A stretch of DNA of 64,000 nt, taken from contig NW_020844041.1 of NCBI RefSeq assembly GCF_003704095.1, positions 1 through 64,000 on the forward strand. The letters run 5' to 3'. Made by a program: the position numbers and the translations under genes. Source of the stretch: Pocillopora damicornis. Taxonomy: Eukaryota. The notes beneath the pieces are model-generated. The model did no database searches. It saw nothing but the letters and a program-made list of their open reading frames with translations, and was not told where the DNA came from. This document shows positions 13,601 through 25,600 of this stretch, piece by piece. Within the stretch, counting starts at the first letter, position 1. Each line of letters begins with the position of its first letter.

Positions 13601-16600
13601 TAAACAACAGCTTGTCGAGGTAAGACGCGTCTGTGAAGGAACTATAGTTTATAGTTGTATCTGTATCCTGCAGAGCGTATTTCGGTTGAATACCCTTCAT
13701 CCAAAACCAAGGTAATCACTGAGGCTGATGTGAAAGGAAGAGAAATACTACAAGCAGTCAATACGAAAACAAATTCAGAAGAAGGAAACTGCCTGAGCAT
13801 TAAGATAAGAATCTGATTGGTTGTGACGGTGGTGTGAGTTTTCTCGACCAATCACAGAGCAGAGTTCAACATATGCAAACCTAGATTACCCAGGAGTCTT
13901 AGTTTAAAATTACCCAACACACTTCTGTACCGAGCAGTATGTTAACACTTAAATTTGAATATTTACATTTTTTATTTACAGATGAGCAGTAGTTCGCATG
14001 TACAAGAGCTACTACTCGAAAAAGAAAAAGTGAACGAGGTAAGGAATGCCAAGGTTATCACCTTTGATGGGGTTTTTGTGTGTTTGCACAAAACTGGGAA
14101 CGCTAATTAAAATGTTGAAAAAGAAACAAATCCGAAAATGTTATTAATCCTTGACACTGTAACATCAGTATGCATATTCTCCATACTGTTTTCTATACAT
14201 TTCCTAATGTGCTAATAAGGAGAATTTGTTTCACAATCAAGAGCTCCCTTAGTTGGTGATCATTTCCTTTATTCTTGTGACCCTCGTGTGTGATTCAGGA
14301 GTAATATTGTAGAGAGAAATTTGATTGTGATCACTCTTAGGGATCAAAGAGTTAATGCACTTTTTTCTCGTTTTGTTTTCAGATGGAGGAAATGTTGGAG
14401 CAGCAACGGCGACAACAGGTACGAGAAACGCTGATAGTATTTTGTGCGTGTGTGTTTGTATTTGCTGGAGAACATGAAAAGATGAGGTCTTACTCCGGTG
14501 ACAAGCGGAGAGCTGACCTTGGACGCTGGGGCCAGTGGAAGTGCTTAATTAATATGAGCAACTACTCAACCCTGTTATACAAGTGATGCTTGTTATGTGA
14601 ACCCCAGAATAACAATACCCATGAGTTTTTAGGCTGCGCGCGAGAGCCACGACGTAATCGGCTCTCTTGCCCAGCTTTGGGTGCGCATTTCCTCTGCAGA
14701 TGTGGTCCAGGCAACTAAACTGGCTCGAGGGTAGAAATTTCTAGCGCAGTGCTGTAACCCATCAGGCTTTACGATATCGCAAAGAGGGAAAGAAAGAACA
14801 AGCTATTTCAGTCCACACAGTCTTACTTGTTGTTGCCTTTTTGCAGAACGAACAAGAAGAAAAGATTAAAAGGTTGTGCAATATGATTTGCACTGCGGGA
14901 GGAGAGACTGGGAATAACCGAAGTAAACAAAAATTGGCAAAGGTTAGTAAATGTTTTGGGTTTCGTTACGCGTGTTATTCTAGCTTACGATCACCTCGCG
15001 GATCGTGGCCAATTTTAAGGGCTCAGACCACTGACGGTTCTCTTCTCATCACGTCCACCTACAGAGGCGTGAAACCTGGTGTCCAGGTGCTGGTCTTTCA
15101 AAGGCTCCGCTGGCCTCCACTGTTTTTAGTTCAGTGAAAAGTCGACTGCAAAGAATCCCGTCGAGTCCCAGTAGCGACGAGAGTGAGTTTGGCGAGATGA
15201 CAAAAGATATGTTCCTATCGACGTTAGAGGAGGAAGAGGACATAAAATCTTCAGAAAGCGGGAAAAAACGGGTTGTTTTTGNNNNNNNNNNNNNNNNNNN
15301 NNNNNNNNNNNNNNNNNNNNNNNNNNNNNNNNNNNNNNNNNNNNNNNNNNNNNNNNNNNNNNNNNNNNNNNNNNNNNNNNNCGAAAGTGTGAAACAAAGT
15401 TATAAATTGGTAATGCATTCGTAGCTGATAAATCATTTTTGTTTGTTTGTCTAATCAGGCTCAGATGTCAATGTTAAAGACGCTAGATCAACTGAGGGCT
15501 AAGAACAAAGGTAAATTTTTACCGTGACTGGAATGCCTTCTTAAAACTATCGATTACATCTATTGCGTAGTTCTTTTCTGTTCGATTGACTGACTGAACC
15601 ATTTTTTATTTGATTGACTGAACTCAACAGAGCTACAAGCTGACTTTGACAGCGTCAAAGCAGGAAAAGAGGCTCTCGCCGCCAGAGTTGAAGAGCTTGA
15701 AAATGCAGGGACATGTAACACTGCCACTCAAATGAAAGCAGATTCCTTACAAATGGCATTAGAGGAGAGTGAGAGAGAGAGGAACCGACTTCATCAAGAT
15801 CTGAAAGAGTTGCAAAAGGTGTGCACTAGTCTTGAAAGCGATGTGGCTCGATTACAGAATAAAATTGCCAACGCTAGGCAAGAAGATATTCAGTCTGAGG
15901 AGGAAAAGTCTTTTTGTCAGCAAGAGGCATCGGAGAAGATAAGACAGCTGGAGCTTCAAATAAAAGAAATGGAAGAACGGTTGTCTGGTGTAAATGAGCA
16001 AGAAGGAAGACTAACGGAGGCCATTGACGAAAAGGTTCAGTTGGAAGAAAGCAAGAAACTGGAAATTTCTTGCTTAGAAGAAGCACTCGATGAGATGACA
16101 AAAGAAAAAGGACAACTGGAACAATCCTTGCAAATGTGGAAAGACAAGTGTGCTAGTCTAGAAACAAATGCGGCTCTTTGTGAAAAGGAAAAGTTCTGCC
16201 TTGAGGAGAAAATGACGTTTGCCAAGGAAGAAGCTTCTGAGAAGATCAAGAAACTTGAGGAACAAGTGAAAGAAATGGTGGAAAGAATAGCTAGTGTAGA
16301 TGAACAAGAAGGGATGCTGACAGAGGTGATTGAACAGAAGTTACAGCTAGAGGAGAACCACAATGTTGAAATGACATCTCTTAAAACGGCTCTCACTAAC
16401 TTAGAGGAATCACTAGATGAAGTAACAAAGGAAAAAGGAAGATCTGAAGAAGCCTTACAACAGTGGAAAGACAAGTGTGCTCGTCTCGAAACCAATGAAG
16501 CTCGTTATGAAGAGGAGAAGCTTCGCCTTGAGGAGAGGATGGCGTTTGCCGGGGAAGAAGCCTCAGAGAAGATCAGGAAACTTGAAGATCAGGTGAAAAA

Positions 16601-19600
16601 AATGACGGAAAGGCTAGCGAGTGTAGATGAACGAGAAGGGATGCTGACAGAAGTGACTGAACAGAAGCTACAGCTAGAAGAGAATCACAACGTTGAATTA
16701 ACATCTCTTAAAATGGCTCTTACTGGCTTAGAAGAATCACTAGATGAAGTTACAAAGGAAAAAGGAAGACTGGAAGAAGCCTTACAACAGTGGAAAGACA
16801 AGTGTGCTAGTCTCGAAACCAATGCAGCTCTCTATGAAGAGGAAAAGCTTCGCCTTGAGGAGGGGATGGCGTTTGCCGGAGAAGAAGCCTCGGAGAAGAT
16901 CAGGAAACTTGAAGATCAGGTGAAAGGGATGGAGGAAAGGCTGACGAGTGTAGACGAACAAGAAGGGATGCTGACAGAGGTGACTGAACAGAAGTCACAA
17001 GTTGAGAACCACGAAGTTGAAATAACGTCTCTTAAAACGTCTCTTACTTTCTTAGAAGAATCACTAGATGAAGTTACAAAGGAGAAAGGAAGACTGGAGG
17101 AAGCCTTACAACAATGGAAAGACAAGTGTGCTGGTCTCGAAACCAATGCAGCTCTCTATGAAGAGGAGAAACTTCGCCTTGAGGAGAGGATGGTGTTTGT
17201 CGAAGAAGAAGCCTCAGAGAAGATCAGAAAACTTGAAGATCAGGTGAAAGAGATGGAGGAAAGGCTAGCGAGCGTAGATGAACAAGAAGGGATGCTGACA
17301 GAGGTGATTGAACAGAAGTCACAGCTAGTGGAGAGTCATGAACGGGAAGAAACATTTTCTAAAATGGCACAGGAGGAGATCTCTGAAGAAAAAGAAAGCT
17401 TAGAGCCGTGGAAGGAAAGGTGCTGCACTCTCGAGAGCGACATGACGGGGCTCCAGGATGAGATGGCTTGTGTAAAAATGGAGAGACTGGAGGAAAGCCT
17501 GTCTAGCGTCAAAGAGGATGCTTCTGTGAAGATGAAAGAACTGGAGATTGAGCTGGAAACGTTGAAAGGAAAATTGAGCGACGAGGATCAGAATAAACGA
17601 ATGTTGGCAGAAGTAAACGAGCAAAAAGGGAACTTAGAAGAAATCGTTGCACGTTTAGAAACAGAACTGGTTCAAAGAAAAGATTTGAACGAAGACAAAT
17701 GTAACATTGAAGCGCGCTTTAAACAATTTAAGGAAGAAAAGGAAGCGGAAATTATGGAACTGAAGAAAGAGATACAAGGACTTCAGGATCAGCGGAATAT
17801 AAGTTCATACGGTGTCGAAGAAAAAGACAAGATGATGGAGCAAATGATTGACCAAAAACGGGAAATGGAAGCTAAAATGGTAAGCTCTTGAGTTATTTCG
17901 GTTTGTTAGTCCTGTTGTTGATTGTTCGAGATCTGGAAAGGTATGCTCTTGAAGAGCCAATTCTAATCCCAGATATCAGTTTCAATTCTTTTTCAAAACA
18001 TCTATGTGCCTTGGAGTAAATCAAAAAGGAGATGAAGTTGCACTCGCCATAGCTAGCGAGCGTGAGTGGTCCGATAAGCTTAAACTGAGGACAGTGGCAT
18101 TCGTTTGGTAACAAACGAAGATGAAAATCGGTAGTAATTGTTATCTGCGATAACGCCTTTGGACAGAGCCACATAATGCAATGCTTGATTTTATTTTTTT
18201 CGCGATGTTAACTCCACTTTTCTTGGTACTAAACACAAGTTTTTAAAAGGATACCCTTCCAGACGAATCTGTGGGTTCCTTTCTTTTCTGCTCTGCGCTG
18301 AATAGACCAATCCCTGCATACAACTGCACATATTCTCTGTCGCATTGCAATCTATAGAAGGAGAATAGAAAAGACGTATTGCTAGTTTTTTCAGATCTAT
18401 TGCCACTACAGATGAAAAACATTGCCCATGTGTAAGACTTGTTAGGATGGACGGCACAGATACGAGACTAATTTAAGACGTAATGTATTGCGCACGTCTG
18501 AAATCGATTTAAACGTTTCAATTTCTGTCTGTTTAGTGAAAGGTGAAATTTTTTCTTTTTTATTTTAGTCTGATCTTCAAATGCAGCTCGACAACGTAAA
18601 TAACGAAAAGGAAGAGTATGAACAAATGTTAAATAAGTAAGTGTTATCTAAGCAGAATTACTTGTTGATTTTGGTTTGCTTTTGTTTGTTTGTCTGTTTC
18701 CCACAGTTATTAAACAAGTGGAAAAAGCTGAATGAATGTTTTGTCGTTGCCGTCATCTCTTTGCTTAAATGCTCCGTATTCGACTTTAATTTTACTTCGA
18801 ACTAAATGCTTCAAATAGTGCTCATCCCTTATATACGAGCAAACATCTCTAGAACAATTTTCAATTGTTTTGAGTTTGTGTTATTTCCGTCAGGGTCAAG
18901 AAAGAAAAAGATGACATTAGAAACGATTTATCAGAGTCCATTTCTGATGTAAGTAATAAGATATCTATCATTTTATTCTCTTTGTATGTCATTGGATTTT
19001 CGTCTTTGCCTTTGCTTTTTTCGTTGTTTTCTTGAAGCATTTATCCGTAGATGTAGCCAATTTTTTTTTTCAAACACTGGATACGCACGGGTCAGATTGT
19101 CCCCTAACTCAAGATACTGGATCAAGAGGTCTGGGCCTGTGTCTCGATGGGGCCCTTGCAGTTACATCTTTTTTGTTTGTTTGTTTTTTATTATTATAAT
19201 TTATTATTGTTTATTTTTATTATGAGATCAATAGTTCTAAAACAAAAACAAAGAAAATACCAGGCAGTGAAAAAGAGAGAATATATTTTTCTTACTCAGT
19301 CCGCCGAATTGCAGAAGGACATGTTAGACATGCAACAGAAAGTGAAGCGCTACAAGGAACACATTTATGAACTTGAGAGCGAACTACAGCAGCGAGCAGA
19401 GCTCTTAGCATCACACGAACAGAAGGTAACAGGTGTCTGCCATTGATGTGCTATCATTGAGCAAGATCATCGAATTGTTTGCTTTGTTTTACTTACTTCT
19501 CTAACTATTTCGTTGTGATTTGTTTATTTGCCTGTTTTTTGTTTGTTTTTTGTTTTACGTGTGGTGAACCTGAACAATTCGACATTTTTATTCTACCAAT

Positions 19601-22600
19601 CTATTGCGTACCTAATTGCTTTCTTTCCCGTCTTATATTCTTTTTTTTTTTCTCATCCATTTATCCTCTCTTCTTCCATACATGGTTTAGAATAGTTTAT
19701 GCCAACCATCTAGATCTTGAGTCGGAGTCTTGACTCCAGAAGTGCACAGGAATATTTATGGAATGATCTTTCTTGTTTACAACAGACTGAAGAACTTCAA
19801 AATCAACTCAGCGAAGTGATGAAGCAGCTTGAAAACGTATCCCAAGACGTGAATAAGAAACTGCTAAGCGAAGAACAGGCTTTAGATCAACAGAATGAGA
19901 AGAAGACAGATGATGATATGCTCGCCTCTAAACTGAGAGCAGAACAAGAGCGGGCTCAAGAAGTTGCAGATGAATGCAATACGTTGAGGTTATCTCTGGA
20001 AAATGTCCAAAATCGAAATGAGATTTTAAAGTCTGAGGCAGAAGAGACGAAGCAAGAAGTGGAGAAACAACGACAGGAAATAGAGAGCTTAGAGTTGCAG
20101 CTAGTAGAGTCTAAACAAGCTTATGATTTGTGCAAGGAAAAGCTGGAGGAGCAAAGAGAAAAGTGCGAAAAACTTGTAAAGGACCTGAACGAGATGAGGA
20201 CCTCTGAAAGTCTATCAAAAGAGCCATCAGGGAGCTTAGCCTCTGAGTTGGAACTGCAAAAGGCAAAGAATGAAAGCGAGGAACTTTTTAAGGAGCTGGG
20301 AGAGGAAAAGAAAGCTCACGAAACACTCAGGTGAATAAAACCTGTTTGAAGTGAGTCTCATATTAGGTGGACTCTAAGTCGATTCCGCATTTCTCTCTTT
20401 TTGGAAAACGAACTTTTTGTTAGCCGACAAACCCTTTAACCCTTCACATCTTAACATTAGTATGTACATTCTCCATACTGTTCTCTATACATTTCTTTGG
20501 ATGCTGATAAGGAGAATTTGTTTAATAGCGGAGCTCGCAGAGCGTAGCCCCATAATTAAACAAAATAGTAGTAACCCATCAAGCCGAAAAAATTTGGATG
20601 TACGACCGTACGACCGTATAAGGTGCTACTTTTAACATGTGTGGTCAACTGTACCGCGGGCACGCCAACGCCACGGCTTTGTCCAGTAGTCCAGTGGTCA
20701 GTGCATTGGGCTCCGAGTCGGACGACCTGGGTTCTAGTCCTGGCCAGGGCAAGGCGTTGTGGCCTTGAGACGTGCGGGAAAAAAAATGCGAGCTCCGCTT
20801 TTAGGCTTGGCTAAATCTATCTATTAATCAAGAGCTTCTTAATTAGTTATCATTTCCTTTTTTCTCGTGACCTTCATGTTTGATTCAGGGGTGATACTGT
20901 GGGGAGACATTAGATGCAATCTTTTTTAGAGGTCAAAGGCTCAAGTACGATTACGACATTTGTTTTATATTTTGAGAATTTGTCTTAAATGTATATTTTA
21001 GGAAACCTGTGTCGCTTTAAAATCAATTTAGCTTTATTCATTTAGTTACTTGCTCATTCTTTGTTTATGTTCTCCCACAATATTCACATCTTTAATTGAT
21101 TGTCTTAGGAAGGAACACGCATCTCTTCTTGAAGAATTACAACACTTTAAAGATTCTCTTTTGAGAGATACCAACCGTGGAATGGACCAGCAGAGACTGA
21201 TTGACAAGATGAAGGCAGAAAGGCGGGAGACCATCTGTGTACAAGCACAGCAACGGCACGAACTTGAAAATGATTTGTCCGAAGCCGAGAAAAAGGTGAG
21301 CCACAGTTCTGCTCAAACGTAAGTTGACCGTTTCTCTAAACACGCTCCTCGAAACTTGATTCACGGAAACTTCGAGGATCAAATAACTTGTTCAATAAAG
21401 CCCCCCCCCCCCCAAAAGAAAAAAAAAGAAAAAGAAAAGTGGCTTGTCTCTAAGGTACTTGTTGTAATTAGACAGATAGACCGACAGACAAAAACCCGCG
21501 AAACAAATTTAGTCTGAATCGTCACGTTCCTCGTATTGTCTGGTATGGCTCATATTTCTTGCGTCTACATGTAGGTTTCTGAGTTGGAAGCACAGTGCAA
21601 CTTCTTGAAAAGCGAAAGAGACGTTCTGGAGCACAGGATCGAAGCGGCCAATAAGAAAGTTGAGGAAACCAAGCAAGAGATGCGTGACATGGAGAACCTA
21701 TACAGCTCACAAAACGTACTGTCCGTCACGCATCGTGACGATGACAGCAAGGTGTTACACAAGTTGAAGCAGATGGAGTTGAACGTTGAACTTACGAAAC
21801 AGAAGTGCGAAAAAGCGGAAGGACGGGTGAAGGAGTTGGAAAGCGAGAACCGACAGCTGAAAGGCGCAGACATACGCAACGGAGCATTGGTGGAGGAGCG
21901 CGACAGTTTAAAGCAGCAGGTCCAACAAAGCAAACAGGTTTTGAACGAGAAAAACAAGAAGGTAAATGAACTCTCCATTGAGGTGACTCAGCTGAAAGCG
22001 CACGTGGATAAACTGACGGATGAAAATAAGAAAAGTCGAAGCCAAATGGAGAAGAAAGATAACAAGATCGACCAGATGGAGCAGAAACTATGGGAGATCG
22101 AAGAAGACCTTAAGATTGAAAGGCAACGTAACTTCGAACAAAAAGCACAGGTGACTTTTAACAGAAATATATCTGGCTCTGTTGGTTTGTTTGTTTGTTT
22201 GTTTGTTTTGTTTTGTTTTTTTTTGGAGGGGGGTCAGCAATCAATCTCTTCATTATCAGTCAGCCTTACAATGTGCATTTGGGCAGTAGTTGTCGTTGAC
22301 TGCTTTGATTGTCTTTCGTCAATGAATGCCTACTCACAGGCTAGAGCCCTCCTAAACTGAATACATTTTTCCTTATGTCAAACAATTGGAGTCTTTCGCG
22401 TAAGAGAGCGATAACCTTTTCATAATCGAACAAGGGGGAAGGAAACGGTGGGGCTTTTTTGGGTAATATCTATCATGGCCTTTTAAACATTCGTACCATG
22501 GCGACTCCGTTTTCTATTCCTTTTTCAAGTTGAAAGGTTAACTTTTCTCTGTACGAGTTTGATTCTTGTCTGGTTTTTCATCAATCGATTCATCGTTGGA

Positions 22601-25600
22601 CTAATTGATTGATTTCGTTGAAGGATTCTGCTGTTGAGGAACTGAACTCTACCATTCGAGTGAAACACGAAGAACTAGAACATATGACGTTCTTGGTAGA
22701 TGAGAAAGAAGTTGAAATTGCCGAGGTAAGGTGCGCTCTTCAACAGAACGAACTGAAGCAGTCTGAAATGGCCGTAGAATTCCAAAAAAACCAAGAAAAA
22801 ATAAATGAGCTTGAAAGTGAATTGGAATATGCGAATGAAAGTCTTCTTGAGGAAAAGAAGGGCCGCACTGAGGCAGAAGCCAAAATTGCTGAACTTAGAG
22901 AAATGATAAAACAGCTAGAAGAAGAAATGATCTCAGTAAATAAGAAGATGGAGACCCAGAATGGCAAAAGTGAGTCCCAAAAACAGGAGCTTACATCGAA
23001 AACTGAAGAGTTCGAAAAAGAATTGGAGGATATGCAGCACAAGCTTCTAGAGGTGGAGAGTGAACTAGAGTTTACCAAATCAAGCCTGGAGAACGTAGAG
23101 GCTGAAAAGAAAGATCTGAATACCAGGGTTGAAAAGGCTTTGAAGGAGAAAGAATTGTTGGAAGAAAAACTTCAAGAGTTGACGACCTCATCTGAGAGTC
23201 AAAAGAACGCTTTAGATCAAGAGATCGACGAGATTCGAGAATCACTTTTGAAGGAGAAAAAGATTGTGTCTGAGCTCGAAGACAAGCTTCTTATTGCAGA
23301 GAGAAGTAGAGATGCAGCCGAATCGGAACTTCGTCGGGTTCTTGCCGATGAGTGTGCGAGCGTTTCTAAGGAGGAGATGGAAGGAAGACTTTCTGCTATT
23401 ATGAATTCAGAAAATGAATTGCGCCAAGAATTGGAGAAAGAGAAAGAAAAGAGTGCGACATTAATGGAACAAGTTGCAGAGTTGACAAGTGAGAGCGAGA
23501 AATGGGAAAGTCTTGCACAATCCAAAACTATTCTTCTTGAGGAAGAAACGAAAAAGTGGATGGAAGAAATTGCCTCCATTATTGAGCTTCGCCAAGAACT
23601 GGAAAAGGAGAAAGCTACGAACCAACTGTTAGAAGGTCAAGTAGAAAAAACTTTCCTCGAAGCTGAATCAAAAGCAAAGGCCCTTGAAGAAGAGAAGAAT
23701 AAACAAGAGGAAGAAATGGCCCAAATCGTCGAAGAACTCAAAGACGAGAAAGAGAAGCTCCTGGAACAATTGCGTGAGATCAGCGCCTTGAAAGTGAAAG
23801 AGAGTGAAGACTGCTACGCGGAAAAGAACGACAGAATCAAAGAATTGGAGGAGAAACTTGCTACTGCCTCCCAAAACATCACGGACTGTGAACAAAGCAT
23901 CCAACATTACCAGCTAAAGCTGGCCAAGGCCGAGTATGAACTGGAAACTACTGTGGCCAGACTTACCCACCTCGAAAAACAGGCAATTACACTTTTTGTA
24001 TCTATTTCTCTTGGAGCTTTTAGGTGCAGTTCAACCTATTAATATAAAAGATATTGCAGTCTTACAAGGGACTCTAAAACCAAAGCAAAACGGGTTTCTG
24101 TATTTTAAACACATGATCTCGTTTTTTTGTTATGCGTAGAATACTACGAATGCCATGGACTCCACTGAGGTTGAAAACTTGAGAAAGGAGTGCGAAGCCG
24201 CTAAGAAAAAAGCCCAGGAAAATCTTCAGAAGTACTTTAAGGAGTCAGATCGCCTGAAGGCCATCATAGACGAAATGCAGGGTAGGTTCTTTTTCAGTTA
24301 TTGCTAAGTTTTGTCATTTCTGGTTGTTGTTCAACCGTGATGATTCTCATTAAATGATCGTGCGGTGTCGGCCAAAACAGGCTCCCTTGCGCGTACCGAT
24401 GTTTCATTGCTTTCTTGTTGTCAGTGATGTCTCGTACCAAAGCAGTGCTTTGTCAATAACGGTGTAGTAAAGGCAGCCTGTGAAGCAGGCGCTCGCGGAG
24501 ATGGCGAGAAACACGCGCGCGAGAGAGCAATATACGCGGGAGAGAGAGTGCCTTTTCGCTCGGACGTGCGACTCAAGGGATCTTTGGAGTGATTTCTATG
24601 TCCTCGCATTAGAGATTGACGCATTACATCAAATGTTGCCTTGAAAAGGAACCATTTCTAGAGTCCTTTCTATGTCCTTGCAATCATTGTTGACTCATTG
24701 CAAATTTCGCTTTGAAAAGAAACTATTTCTATCTTTGGTCTCTGCAGATGAAGAAGAGGAGCATCTTCGACAAATTGAAGAACTTGAAGAAGGTAGAGTC
24801 AAAAAAGATGCAGAACTAACCCAACTTCGTTCAGACCTCGCCCAAATAAGAGAAACTGGACAAGTAAGTCAAGTTGACGTAGGAAGGGGAAGAACCACTT
24901 CCTGTAGTTCCGTTCCGTTCCGGAGATGCAATTCATCTACGAAATCCTATCAATTTCAAGAGTCTGGAAAAGGGACGAGAACACTGCACCTGTATCACTC
25001 AGCAGGGTCTTATGGTGAATTCTAGGAGTTACTCATGAGGAAAGAGAGTACAAAAATTGTCTAAGTTGTGGGAAAGAAATAATATTTTTTGTTTCTAAAG
25101 GCTAGAAACTTCGATCCAAGAACCTCTTTACACATTTTTTAAAACCTTGCGGATTGGGGGAAGGGGGCTGTTGTTGTCTATGGCTAAATTTTAAATGTCT
25201 CAATATACATATTTTTGTATCTTTTGTGCTTAACGATGCGGTAGGAATTCCAAGATAATGTCAGGAATTGCCACCCCTTAATATACAGAACTTTTTGTAT
25301 TTATCGAGAACTCTTTTTCCCTTTCTTTAGAATTCTACGCACGCTGGAGATCAAAGTGAAATCGAAGCGCTCAGAAAAGAGTGTGACGCTGTTAAGAAGA
25401 AAGCTAAGGATACGATCGACAAGTATTTGACAGAGTGCAACAGACTTAAGACTATAGTGGATGAACAACAAGGTACAGTTATTTTGTTAGAGAACATATT
25501 CAAAGAGTGTCCTAAAACAGGCCCATAAGTTATTACTACGGCCAATCGGAACAAAGGTGAATGTCAGAGGAGCTATTGAGAGTTCAGCGTATAAAAATAG

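Noticed and set aside
20680-20752. Possible functional tRNA gene
   Set aside because: Acceptor and anticodon stems are mispaired, and the sequence is embedded in a dispersed repeat.
16037-23907. Long antisense Ser/Phe-rich ORFs
   Set aside because: Mirror frames of the E/K-rich CENP-E coiled-coil exons.
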